A stretch of 64,000 bases of DNA from Bacillales bacterium (GCA_016287865.1 JAEEXP010000001.1:14503-78502), one strand, 5' to 3'. Positions 27,342 to 36,166 are shown, numbered from the stretch's first letter. Program-made: numbers and translations. The notes: generated from the sequence alone by a model not told the origin.

Positions 27342-27968
27342 ATGAACGTAAAAATCGCAAACAAACTTTATGAACTTAGAAAACAATCTGGAATCTCTCA
27401 AGAAGAACTTGCAGATAAGATTGGTGTATCAAGACAAGCTGTATCAAAATGGGAAAGAGCAGAAGCATCTCCTGATACTGATAATTTAATTCTCTTAGCT
27501 AAAATATATAATGTATCTTTAGATGATATTATTAGTGAAGAAGATATTACTGAAGCTCAGAAAGAAGAAAAAGTAGAAGCAGTAGATTTAGATGATGATG
27601 ACGATGATGATGATAAAATGCAAAAGGATGACTGCTGTACTAGAGAAGTGCACAGAAAATCAGTAATCGTTGTTAGTTCTGTAACTGGTGCTTTATACTT
27701 ACTTGCTACTGTAGCATTCTTACTCATCGGTTTCTTAACACATGTATGGCATCCAACTTGGGTATTATTCTTGGCTCCAATTGTAATTGGATCATTAATC
27801 TCAGCTATCCAACATAAGAATGCTAATAGATTTAACTACCCAGTATTTATGGTTGTTCTATTTATGATATTTGGTACTCTATTTAATATCTGGCACCCAC
27901 TATGGGTTCTCTTCGTAACTATCCCAGCTTACTACGCTATTATTAATTGTTTTAAAGTAAAAAAATAG
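27342..27968 (+). CDS. membrane-tethered XRE-family HTH regulator
   Basis: N-terminal HTH_3 (LRKQSGISQEELADKIGVSRQAVSKWERAEASP), a poly-Asp linker (DLDDDDDDDDK), then 4 predicted TM helices with the internal repeat H.WHP.WVLF. Confidence 0.75.
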   Translation: MNVKIANKLYELRKQSGISQEELADKIGVSRQAVSKWERAEASPDTDNLILLAKIYNVSLDDIISEEDITEAQKEEKVEAVDLDDDDDDDDKMQKDDCCTREVHRKSVIVVSSVTGALYLLATVAFLLIGFLTHVWHPTWVLFLAPIVIGSLISAIQHKNANRFNYPVFMVVLFMIFGTLFNIWHPLWVLFVTIPAYYAIINCFKVKK

Positions 27969-28017
27969 TTCTTGCCTTATACCCCCTTTAGTGATAAACT
28001 ATTTATGCAATTCATAT

Positions 28018-28096
28018 GGCGACTGTGGCGAAGTTGGTTAACGCACCGGATTGTGGCTCCGGCATCGCGCAGGTTCGAGTCTTGTCAGTCGCCCCA
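28018..28096 (+). tRNA. tRNA-His(GTG): tRNA-His (GTG)
   Basis: Cloverleaf folded by hand. Encoded G-1 pairs with C73, 7-bp acceptor GCGACTG/CAGTCGC, anticodon arm CCGGA-TTGTGGC-TCCGG, T-loop TTCGAGT and encoded CCA. Near-identical in layout to B. subtilis tRNA-His. Confidence 0.9.
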
Positions 28097-28113
28097 CTGA
28101 ATTGAAAATGTTT

Positions 28114-28198
28114 GGGGCTTTGGCGGAACTGGTAGACGCGCTACTTTGAGGGGGTAGTACCGCAAGGCGTGTGAGTTCAAATCTCATAGGCCCCACCA
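28114..28198 (+). tRNA. tRNA-Leu(GAG): tRNA-Leu (GAG)
   Basis: Acceptor GGGGCTT/AGGCCCC, D-arm GCGGAACTGGTAGACGC, anticodon arm CTACT-TTGAGGG-GGTAG, long variable arm (class II), T-arm GTGAG-TTCAAAT-CTCAT and encoded CCA. Confidence 0.88.
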
Positions 28199-28208
28199 GA
28201 TTAATTAA

Positions 28209-28237
28209 AAACGTTCCTAGCGATAGGAACTTTTTTA
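28209..28237 (+). terminator. rho-independent terminator after the tRNA pair
   Basis: GTTCCTA-GCGA-TAGGAAC hairpin followed by TTTTTT. Confidence 0.85.
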
Positions 28238-28298
28238 TTGCCCAATAGGGTACTTAAATATAGTATAATTATTATATACACATATAAGGAGTTTAAGT

Positions 28299-29735
28299 AT
28301 GGTAGATAAGACATCTGTAATATTTGGTAATGAAATTGATAAGAAGACTATTAAAGCCGCAGAAAAGAGTAAAGCCAAATATATTAAGAAATATGGAGAT
28401 GATTCTAACGCTGATTATAAAATCTCATTTAAAGATATTGATACTTTAGATTTTATTGGCGCAAGTAATATTGTATTTGGAGATAAGAATCAAAAATTTG
28501 AAGATAATGCCTTAATAGTTGGTAATATCCGTATGGGTTTTGGTCATTATAGAATCTCTATCGCTATGGCATCAGCTGCAAGAGCATTAGGTTATAAACC
28601 TTATTGGTTAGACCTTGCATCATTTGATGCGACTGGTTCAAAGATGATTAGAGAACAAAATGATATGTATTCGCTCGCATCTAGAATCTCTCAAAAATCT
28701 AAATTATTTAATAAGATTGTTTGGGAACCACTTAATAGTGAAGGCTTTAAAAAGATTACTTATAACGCAAAAGATCAAAAGAATAGTGAACTATTAGTCC
28801 CAATCTTTAAAAATATCAATAAAGATATTCCATATATCGCAACTCATGTGTGGCCATCTCAAGCTGCAATTCATGCAGGAATGACACATGTTGTAAACGC
28901 AATTCCTGATAACTGGCCTATGGGTCTTCATCTATCTGAAGGCGCAATCCACGCAGTTCAAACTCCATTTGCATATTTTGGATATAAAACTTTAAATGGA
29001 TTTGCGAAGACTCCACTAAAAGGTATTCCTGAAGAATCATTAAAAGAAGTGGGTTGTTTTATTGATCATGAATTATTGGTTGACCTTGAGAATGATAATA
29101 AGAGAAGAAAAGATAGAATCAATTCAGGTAGACCTATCCGTATCTTAATGACTGTTGGTGGAGCTGGCGCAGGATTTGATATGTTCCTTGCTATGGTTAA
29201 ACACTTAATCCCTTATGTTGAACAAAATAAAGTAGCTTTATTCATTAACTTTGGTGATCATAAGGATGTTTATGAAAAACTCTGTAAGAAAGTAAGCATT
29301 AATACAAAGAACTTTTTTAATCAATATAGTGAATTAAAAGATTTTGCTAAAGAAATTAAAGAAGGCGATGCTCAAGGTATTTATGCAATCTATAATGAAA
29401 ATATCTTTGAAGCTGTATATTCAACTAATCTTTTAATGCCTGTTACTGACCTACTTATTACTAAACCTTCAGAACTCGCATACTATCCAATTCCTAAAGT
29501 ATTTATGAGACATATTGGTGGCCATGAAGTATATGGCGCAATAAATGGTAGAGAATATGGAGATTCAACTCCTGAATATCCAACTGAAAAAGAAATCAAT
29601 TCAATGTTAGATAAACTCTTAGATGATAAAGAAATCTTATGTCATATGTGCGACCAAATTGATGAACTCAAAGCTCAAGGTAGATATAACGGAGCTTATG
29701 AATGCGTTAAGCTTGCAGTAGGTAAAAATAAATAA
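28299..29735 (+). CDS. divergent GT-B glycosyltransferase (MGDG-synthase / UgtP, GT28-like)
   Basis: 478 aa. N-domain G.GH motif (GNIRMGFGHYRISIAMASAA). C-domain ILMTVGGAGAG ... DLLITKPSELAYYPIPKVF...GGHEV.GA follows the GT28 C-terminal pattern. About 70-aa N-terminal extension. Confidence 0.45.
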   Translation: MVDKTSVIFGNEIDKKTIKAAEKSKAKYIKKYGDDSNADYKISFKDIDTLDFIGASNIVFGDKNQKFEDNALIVGNIRMGFGHYRISIAMASAARALGYKPYWLDLASFDATGSKMIREQNDMYSLASRISQKSKLFNKIVWEPLNSEGFKKITYNAKDQKNSELLVPIFKNINKDIPYIATHVWPSQAAIHAGMTHVVNAIPDNWPMGLHLSEGAIHAVQTPFAYFGYKTLNGFAKTPLKGIPEESLKEVGCFIDHELLVDLENDNKRRKDRINSGRPIRILMTVGGAGAGFDMFLAMVKHLIPYVEQNKVALFINFGDHKDVYEKLCKKVSINTKNFFNQYSELKDFAKEIKEGDAQGIYAIYNENIFEAVYSTNLLMPVTDLLITKPSELAYYPIPKVFMRHIGGHEVYGAINGREYGDSTPEYPTEKEINSMLDKLLDDKEILCHMCDQIDELKAQGRYNGAYECVKLAVGKNK

Positions 29736-29752
29736 GATATGAAAATAATTTG

Positions 29753-29788
29753 AAAAGACTGAATACTATTATCCAGTCTTTTCTTTAT
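29753..29788 (+). terminator. rho-independent terminator
   Basis: AAAAGACTG ... CAGTCTTTT hairpin (12-nt loop) plus T-rich tail. Confidence 0.6.
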
Positions 29789-29827
29789 TTTAAGTTTTAT
29801 TTAAGTTATTATGTGTAAAATATAAGT

Positions 29828-30523
29828 ATGAAACTATTGTTAGTAGAAGATAACCAACAACTTAATAATGCTTTAACTACTATTCTTAAAAGGAATTCAT
29901 ATGTTGTGGATTCTGTTTTTGATGGCGAAGAAGCTATGACATTGATTGAAGAATATACATATGATGTAATTATACTTGATATAATGATTCCAAAAATTAA
30001 TGGTCTAGAAGTGCTTAAAAGAGCGAGAGCTATGAATATAGAATCTCCAATACTTATGCTCACAGCTAAATCAACTACTGAGGATAAAGTATCTGGACTT
30101 AATTTTGGCGCAGATGACTATTTAGCTAAGCCATTTAACGTAGATGAGCTTCTTGCACGTATTAAAGCTTTAACTAGAAGACGACCGGTTTACGAAGACA
30201 ATAATATGCTTGAATTTGGCGATTTAAGACTTGATCTATCTTCTATGACTTTGTCATGTGGAAAAGAAAAAACAGTACTAATGAATAAGGAATTCCAGAT
30301 TATGAATTTACTATTTAAATCTAAAGACGAAATAGTATCATTAGATAAAATAGTAGCTAATGCTTGGAATATTGATGAGTATTCCACAAGCGAAAATGTC
30401 TGGGTATTTATATCTTATTTAAGAAAGAAACTTGAATCTATTAAATCAAAGACAAAGATTAAATCTATTAGATATCAAGGTTATTATTTGGAGTATCAAA
30501 ATGATAAAAAAACTAAGATTTAA
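29828..30523 (+). CDS. OmpR-family response regulator
   Basis: Receiver domain (LLVEDN, ILDIMIPKINGLEV, LTAK, GADDYLAKPF) plus a winged-helix output domain (IKSIRYQGYYL). Confidence 0.9.
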   Translation: MKLLLVEDNQQLNNALTTILKRNSYVVDSVFDGEEAMTLIEEYTYDVIILDIMIPKINGLEVLKRARAMNIESPILMLTAKSTTEDKVSGLNFGADDYLAKPFNVDELLARIKALTRRRPVYEDNNMLEFGDLRLDLSSMTLSCGKEKTVLMNKEFQIMNLLFKSKDEIVSLDKIVANAWNIDEYSTSENVWVFISYLRKKLESIKSKTKIKSIRYQGYYLEYQNDKKTKI

Positions 30524-31712
30524 ATTCATTCTTGTTTCTTTATTATCTATATTATTAGTATTATCTATTACTATAGGTTCTATTAATATATATAACTATG
30601 TAAGAATGAAGAATGAAATACACCAAAACTTAATAAGTATAGTAGAACGTGGTGATGAAGAGTTTCCTAGAATGGGTGAAGCTCCAGAAGGAAACAAACC
30701 TATGGATATGGGTGGAGGATTCATGAGAGGAAATTTCTTTTCTGTATCTTTTAACTCTGATGGTACTGTCGCAAGTTCTAACTTTAATCATATCTTCTTT
30801 ATTAGTGAAGAAGATGGAATAAGTCTTGCAAGCGATGTGTATAATTCAAGTAAAACTGAAGGCAAGACTGACAACATGTATTACCTAAAGACAGAAAAAG
30901 ATGGATTAACTATCATCGCATTTGTGGATGCGAAAGATAGAACTAATCAATTTAATAGTTTTTTAGTCTCATCAATTCTTGTCTCATCTATAAGTTATTT
31001 AGTATTAGCTTTATTAATAGTTTTATCGTCTAAAGTAGTATTTAAAGTTTCAGAAGAATCATACAAGAAACAAAAAGCGTTTATCACAAACGCATCTCAT
31101 GAACTTAAAACTCCACTTACTATTATTAATACTGATATAGAATTAATTGAAATGGATAATGGTAGTAGTGAATGGACAACTTCTGTTAAAGATCAAGTCT
31201 CAAGACTTACTACTATGACTAACCAACTTGTGATATTATCTCGTCTTGATGAAGGAGAATTATCTAAATATCCATTTGAAGATTTTAGTTTATCTGATTT
31301 AGCTCATGAGGCAGTTGAATCATTTGCCTCATCATTTAAAAAAGAAGGATTAACTCTTTCAACTTCTATTGAAGATGATTTAATAATTAATGCGAATAAG
31401 TATTTAATTGATGAATTATTCTTTATTCTATTAGATAACGCACTTAAATATACTGCTCCAAACGGAACTGTTGGCATTAATATATATAAAGATAATAAGA
31501 ATAAAGTAAATATATCTATATATAATGATATAGAAGAAGATAATGAACTGGATGTGAATCAATTATTTGAAAGATTCTATAGATCTCCAAACGCTAAAAA
31601 GAATGGAAGTGGAATAGGACTTTCAATCGCTAATGAAATCATTAATCTTCATAAAGCTCAAATAAAAGTAACTAAAGAAAATAATATTTTAAAATTTAAT
31701 ATTTCATTTTAG
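30501..31712 (+). CDS. sensor histidine kinase
   Basis: Start trimmed to ATG 30501 (MIKKLRFK...), overlapping the RR 3' end. Two TM helices flank a periplasmic-type sensor of about 150 aa. H-box ITNASHELKTPLT, N-box LDNALKYT, G-box GSGIGLSIA. Confidence 0.88.
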   Translation: MIKKLRFKFILVSLLSILLVLSITIGSINIYNYVRMKNEIHQNLISIVERGDEEFPRMGEAPEGNKPMDMGGGFMRGNFFSVSFNSDGTVASSNFNHIFFISEEDGISLASDVYNSSKTEGKTDNMYYLKTEKDGLTIIAFVDAKDRTNQFNSFLVSSILVSSISYLVLALLIVLSSKVVFKVSEESYKKQKAFITNASHELKTPLTIINTDIELIEMDNGSSEWTTSVKDQVSRLTTMTNQLVILSRLDEGELSKYPFEDFSLSDLAHEAVESFASSFKKEGLTLSTSIEDDLIINANKYLIDELFFILLDNALKYTAPNGTVGINIYKDNKNKVNISIYNDIEEDNELDVNQLFERFYRSPNAKKNGSGIGLSIANEIINLHKAQIKVTKENNILKFNISF

Positions 31713-31761
31713 GTTCATTTAAAGTTCGATTGATAGAATTAAGACAGAAGAGGTGATAATT

Positions 31762-33612
31762 ATGAAAAAAATCCTAACTGTTTTAATTCTATTTTTTAGT
31801 TTATTCTTAGTAGGTTGTAATTCAAGTGTTACACAAAGTAAGAATACCGTTACTAATGATTCAAGCGCATTAGTAAGTAATTATGATACAGATAATATAA
31901 ATGATATTACTGTGGATAATAGTGAAGAAAACACATTTGATGAAAAAGAAATCAAAGAAGAAGTGGTTGAAGTTCCTACTGAATATGATTCATTTGAGGA
32001 TTATACAATTACTGAATCTGGAAGTTACTATCTATCAGGTGAATATTCAAGTATTAGTATCACAGCCGCAAAGGGGTCAGAAGTATATTTATATCTTGAT
32101 GGTGTAACTATTAATTCAACTGAGGGAATAGCTCTATCAAGTTCTAAGAATATTACGCTTCATGTAATCTTATTAAATGGAAGCGAAAATACTATCACAA
32201 ATGACTATGAAGATACAAATGCCTTCCACGTAAAAGGTACTGTATATATTAGTGGTGATGGAACTCTAAATATTACTTCAGCTCAAAAGAGCGGACTTAA
32301 AGTGTCTAAAGATTTATATATTTATGAAGGTGTAACTTTAAACGTTAATGGTTATGATCATGCGATTAGCGCAAGATCAGTTACAGCTCAAGGCGCTACA
32401 CTAAACTTAACTACTCAAGCTAAAGATGGTATTCACGCTGAATGTGATGATGACGTTACTGAATACACAGATGAACAAGGTTATGTTTATTTAGTAGATT
32501 GTAATGTAACTATTGATTCATATGGCGATGGTATCCAAGCTGATACATATGTATATATTAGTGGTGGAGACTATGATATTACTACTCATGGTGAATTTGT
32601 ATCTTATTCAGCTTCTAATATGACTGAATATGAACTTGAAACTGATGACTTCAAGTATGTGAAATCTGGTTCAACTTATAAGAGAGTTGCGAAAGATTCA
32701 ATCAGAAGCTTATCTTCATCATATTATGCCTTAAAGAATTCAGTAAAAGGTATTAAAGTTGGAGAAATTGAATATGATTCTGATGGTGATGGAGAAGATG
32801 ACACAGAAGTAACTGTTGGTGACTATAAGATTTATATAGCTCACTTAGCTAATATCAAAATCAATTCTACTGATGACTGTATCCATACTAATTATGGAGA
32901 TACAGTAATTGATAGCGCAAACTTAGTTCTTGATACATTCGATGATGGAATTACCGCAGACTATAATCTTTCAGTTAATAATGCATCAATTCAAATAAAT
33001 AGTTCTTATGAAGGACTTGAAGGTGCAACTGTGACTATCGATGGTGAAAACACTAATATCGTTTCAGTATCAAGTGACGATGGTATTAATGCCGCAAGTG
33101 ATTTAACTAATAATTGTGTGATTAATATTAATAATGGATATTTAAGAGTATACGCAAGCGGTGATGGACTTGACGCAAACGCTTCATTATATCTCAACGG
33201 TGGAATAGTAATAGTAGAAGGACCTGGAAGTGGTAATGGCTCACTTGATGCTGAACAAATCTATTTCAATGGTGGAATTGTATTCGCATGTTCAACTAGC
33301 GGAATGACAGAAAGAATGAGCGCATCTCAATATACATTTGTATATCAAGGAACTACTATGCAAGCAGGATCAAAAGTTGGTATCCAAGATTCTAATGGTA
33401 ATGTAATCTTTGAATACACACTTAAACAATCTTGTAACCAATTAATCTTCTCAAGCCCAAATATGACACAAGGCGAAACTTACACAATCTTATCTAATGG
33501 TAATAGTGTTGGCACAGTTACTATGACAAGCACATTAGTTTCTAACTCTCAAGGGGGCGGAATGGGTGGTCCTGGAGGAGGATTCCCAGGAGGCAATCCT
33601 TGGGGTAGATAA
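31762..33612 (+). CDS. beta-helix lipoprotein, carbohydrate-binding Cthe_2159-like family
   Basis: Lipobox LFLVGCNS. GAGGTG RBS lies 6 nt before ATG 31762. Periodic DGI.A. / DDGI.A. / GDGLDA rungs (DGIHAE, DGIQAD, DDCIHTN, DDGITAD, DDGINAA, GDGLDAN, GNGSLDAE). Gly-rich tail GGGMGGPGGGFPGGNPWGR. Confidence 0.6.
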   Translation: MKKILTVLILFFSLFLVGCNSSVTQSKNTVTNDSSALVSNYDTDNINDITVDNSEENTFDEKEIKEEVVEVPTEYDSFEDYTITESGSYYLSGEYSSISITAAKGSEVYLYLDGVTINSTEGIALSSSKNITLHVILLNGSENTITNDYEDTNAFHVKGTVYISGDGTLNITSAQKSGLKVSKDLYIYEGVTLNVNGYDHAISARSVTAQGATLNLTTQAKDGIHAECDDDVTEYTDEQGYVYLVDCNVTIDSYGDGIQADTYVYISGGDYDITTHGEFVSYSASNMTEYELETDDFKYVKSGSTYKRVAKDSIRSLSSSYYALKNSVKGIKVGEIEYDSDGDGEDDTEVTVGDYKIYIAHLANIKINSTDDCIHTNYGDTVIDSANLVLDTFDDGITADYNLSVNNASIQINSSYEGLEGATVTIDGENTNIVSVSSDDGINAASDLTNNCVININNGYLRVYASGDGLDANASLYLNGGIVIVEGPGSGNGSLDAEQIYFNGGIVFACSTSGMTERMSASQYTFVYQGTTMQAGSKVGIQDSNGNVIFEYTLKQSCNQLIFSSPNMTQGETYTILSNGNSVGTVTMTSTLVSNSQGGGMGGPGGGFPGGNPWGR

Positions 33613-33647
33613 TAATTCTTTATAACTCTCCTTGGTTAAAAGAATGT

Positions 33648-33680
33648 AGAGGAAACAAATTAGGTTTCCTCCTTTTTTAT
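33648..33680 (+). terminator. rho-independent terminator
   Basis: AGAGGAAAC-AAATTAG-GTTTCCTCC hairpin followed by TTTTTT. Confidence 0.8.
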
Positions 33681-33848
33681 TGAAAAATAGGTCAATTCTC
33701 GCGCTGTAGAGTCTATTTCTCTTAGAAGTAGAGTTAATTAGAGAATAGGTTACCTAATTTCTATACTACTAAGAGAGTTGAATCTACCTTTTATAGGTGT
33801 TAATAAAAAGTTTCTTTTTATATACTATTGAACAATAGGAGGAAAGCT

Positions 33849-35594
33849 ATGAATAAAAATATTCCAATCTTCTTTTCAATTGATGACAATTATTTAAATT
33901 TCTTCTTAGTCACAATTGAATCATTAAAAGAAAATAGAAATAAGTCTTATAATTACACATTATATGTTCTTCATACTAACCTTACTTCAAAAACACAAGA
34001 GATAATTAGAACGTATGAAGAAGAAAACTTCACATTTGAATTTGTAGATATGTCTAAAACTATAGAGGAGATAGGAGATAAACTCTGCACAAGAGACTAT
34101 TATACTAAGACTACTTACTATAGACTTTTTGTGCCTGATATGTTCCCTGATATGGACAAGGCATTATATCTTGATTCAGACATCTGTGTTACAGGTGATG
34201 TTTCAAATCTTTATAATATAGATATTGAGACTAATTTAATTGGTGCAGTTCCAGAACAATCAACTCAATTAATTAAAGAATTCCAAGTCTATGCGAATAA
34301 CTGTCTTGGTCTTGATTATAATCATTACTTTAATGCCGGAATTATAATCATGAACTTTAAAAAGATGAGAGAAATAGATTTCAGTACTAAAGTATTAGAT
34401 CTTATTTCAACATATGAATTTAGACTTGCACAAGACCAAGATATCCTTAATGTAATTTGTCGAGATAAAGTTGTATATATTGATAATAGTTGGAATAGAG
34501 TACCACTAGGCGAAAAGTGTGAAACTCCAAATATCATTCACTATCTTTTGGTTTATAAACCTTGGAAGATGGAAAATGTAATGTATGAAGAATACTTCTG
34601 GGAATATGCTAAGAAGGCTGGAGTAGAAGAATCTATTAGAAAAAATTCTACTATGGTTGATAGAGAAGTTCTTGAAAAAGAAATGGATAGAGTTAAGAAA
34701 TTAGCTATTGAAGAAGCTTTCAAAGAAGATAACTATTATAATATGTTCAAAACTATGGATTCATATAAAGGAGCATATGAAAGATCTAAGATTCTTAAAG
34801 AAATTGAAGTTCTTGAAGCTAATGGCGTATTTAATACTGACCTTGAAAATGATCCACCTACAATCCCACTAAAAGAGGGAGAAGTAGACTATACAAAAAA
34901 GAAGCTTACATCTAAGCTTAAAGCTAAACTCGCTGACTTTGTATCATTTAGATTCTTTAAAAGAAAGATAAGAAAAGGTGAAATCGTTATTGATGGATAT
35001 GAAGGAATAGAAAACTTAAAATCTATTAAGAGTGGCGCAGTTATCACGTCTAACCATTTCAATCCATTTGATTGTGTACCTATTCATATTATCTGTAAGA
35101 AATATCAAAGAAAGAGACAATTATTTAAAGTTATTAGAGAAGGAAACTATCACTTCCCAGGCATCTATGGTTATTTTATGAAGAATTGTTATACAATGCC
35201 TTTATCACATAACCATAGAGTTCAAAAGGAAATGATAGATGGCACAGAGGAAATACTAAAAAGAGGTAAATTCCTTTTAGTATATGCTGAACAATATATG
35301 TGGTGGAATTATAGAAAGCCTAAACCACTAAAATCTGGGGCTTTCACGTTCGCATGTAAGGCCAATGTGCCTATCCTTCCAACATTTATAACTATGAGAG
35401 ATACAAATAAGTTTGATAGTGAAGGTTATCCTATCCAAGCTTATACTCTTCATATTGGTAAACCAATTTACCCTAAAGAAGAATTATCTTATAGAGAAAA
35501 TGTAGAATATTTAAGAACTCAAAATGAAAGGGTGTGGAAGAATATATACGAAAGCGCATATAAGATGCCACTATCATACACTTATTTAAAATGA
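33849..35594 (+). CDS. fusion protein: GT8 glycosyltransferase + lysophospholipid (PlsC-type) acyltransferase
   Basis: AGGAGG lies 7 nt before ATG 33849. N-half GT8 motifs are IPIFFSIDDNY, YYRLFVPD, LYLDSDICV (DxD), FNAGIIIMN and QDQDILN. C-half LPLAT motifs are SNHFNPFD (HX4D) and ANVPILP. Confidence 0.75.
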   Translation: MNKNIPIFFSIDDNYLNFFLVTIESLKENRNKSYNYTLYVLHTNLTSKTQEIIRTYEEENFTFEFVDMSKTIEEIGDKLCTRDYYTKTTYYRLFVPDMFPDMDKALYLDSDICVTGDVSNLYNIDIETNLIGAVPEQSTQLIKEFQVYANNCLGLDYNHYFNAGIIIMNFKKMREIDFSTKVLDLISTYEFRLAQDQDILNVICRDKVVYIDNSWNRVPLGEKCETPNIIHYLLVYKPWKMENVMYEEYFWEYAKKAGVEESIRKNSTMVDREVLEKEMDRVKKLAIEEAFKEDNYYNMFKTMDSYKGAYERSKILKEIEVLEANGVFNTDLENDPPTIPLKEGEVDYTKKKLTSKLKAKLADFVSFRFFKRKIRKGEIVIDGYEGIENLKSIKSGAVITSNHFNPFDCVPIHIICKKYQRKRQLFKVIREGNYHFPGIYGYFMKNCYTMPLSHNHRVQKEMIDGTEEILKRGKFLLVYAEQYMWWNYRKPKPLKSGAFTFACKANVPILPTFITMRDTNKFDSEGYPIQAYTLHIGKPIYPKEELSYRENVEYLRTQNERVWKNIYESAYKMPLSYTYLK

Positions 35595-36166
35595 TCACAT
35601 ATTTAATTATTATAGGTATATCATCAACCCTTATCGCAGGCATCAATATTATCTTTAATCCAAGTAATATTGCATTCTATTGGTATATAGTTGCGACTAT
35701 TGCTTACGTTATCGCAACTATTCTAATAGATGGACTATTCGCAGGATTAATTAGAAAGATGCCTGAAAGATGGTTTGATCATAATAAGAAACTCTTTGTC
35801 TTAACTAAAAGAGAAAAGAAGTTCTATGAAGCTATTGGAATTAAAAAGTGGAAGAGTAAAGTTCCAGATTTAGGTCAATTTACTAATTTCCAAAAAGGAA
35901 AAATCGCAGAACCAAGATCTAATGAATACTTAAAAAGATATATGCTTGAAGCCGCATATGGAATTGCGATTCATTACTTCTCAACTCCGCTTGGTTTCCT
36001 CTTAATGCTTATTCCTATAGGTAGTACTACACTATATTTAACTGTATGTCTTCCTATTGCGATAATCAATATCGTGTTAAGCATACTTCCAGCTTTTACT
36101 TTAAAGTATAATTTAGCTAAGTTAAGAATTTTATATGAAAGAAATGAAAAAAGAAGCACCACTTAG
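35591..36166 (+). CDS. integral membrane protein, glycosyl-4,4'-diaponeurosporenoate acyltransferase (CrtO)-like
   Basis: ATGA overlap with the upstream gene. 4-5 TM helices. FYEAIGIKKWKSKVPDLG, LEAAYGIAIH and a C-terminal LKYN..KLRIL parallel the S. aureus CrtO layout (recognition by eye). Confidence 0.4.
   Translation: MITYLIIIGISSTLIAGINIIFNPSNIAFYWYIVATIAYVIATILIDGLFAGLIRKMPERWFDHNKKLFVLTKREKKFYEAIGIKKWKSKVPDLGQFTNFQKGKIAEPRSNEYLKRYMLEAAYGIAIHYFSTPLGFLLMLIPIGSTTLYLTVCLPIAIINIVLSILPAFTLKYNLAKLRILYERNEKRSTT

Noticed and set aside
27216-27401. 61-aa minus-strand ORF spanning the XRE promoter region
   Set aside because: It overlaps the XRE start codon and RBS and the terminator of the EF-G gene. 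It has no RBS, and the region is better explained as promoter and operator.
30432-30500. Upstream start of the histidine kinase ORF (and likewise 31753, 37753, 39145, 51133, 55302, 62056)
   Set aside because: These are alternative-codon or read-through starts from the ORF caller. Internal ATGs with proper RBS spacing or signal peptides, and the terminator at 37729-37765, argue for the shorter forms.
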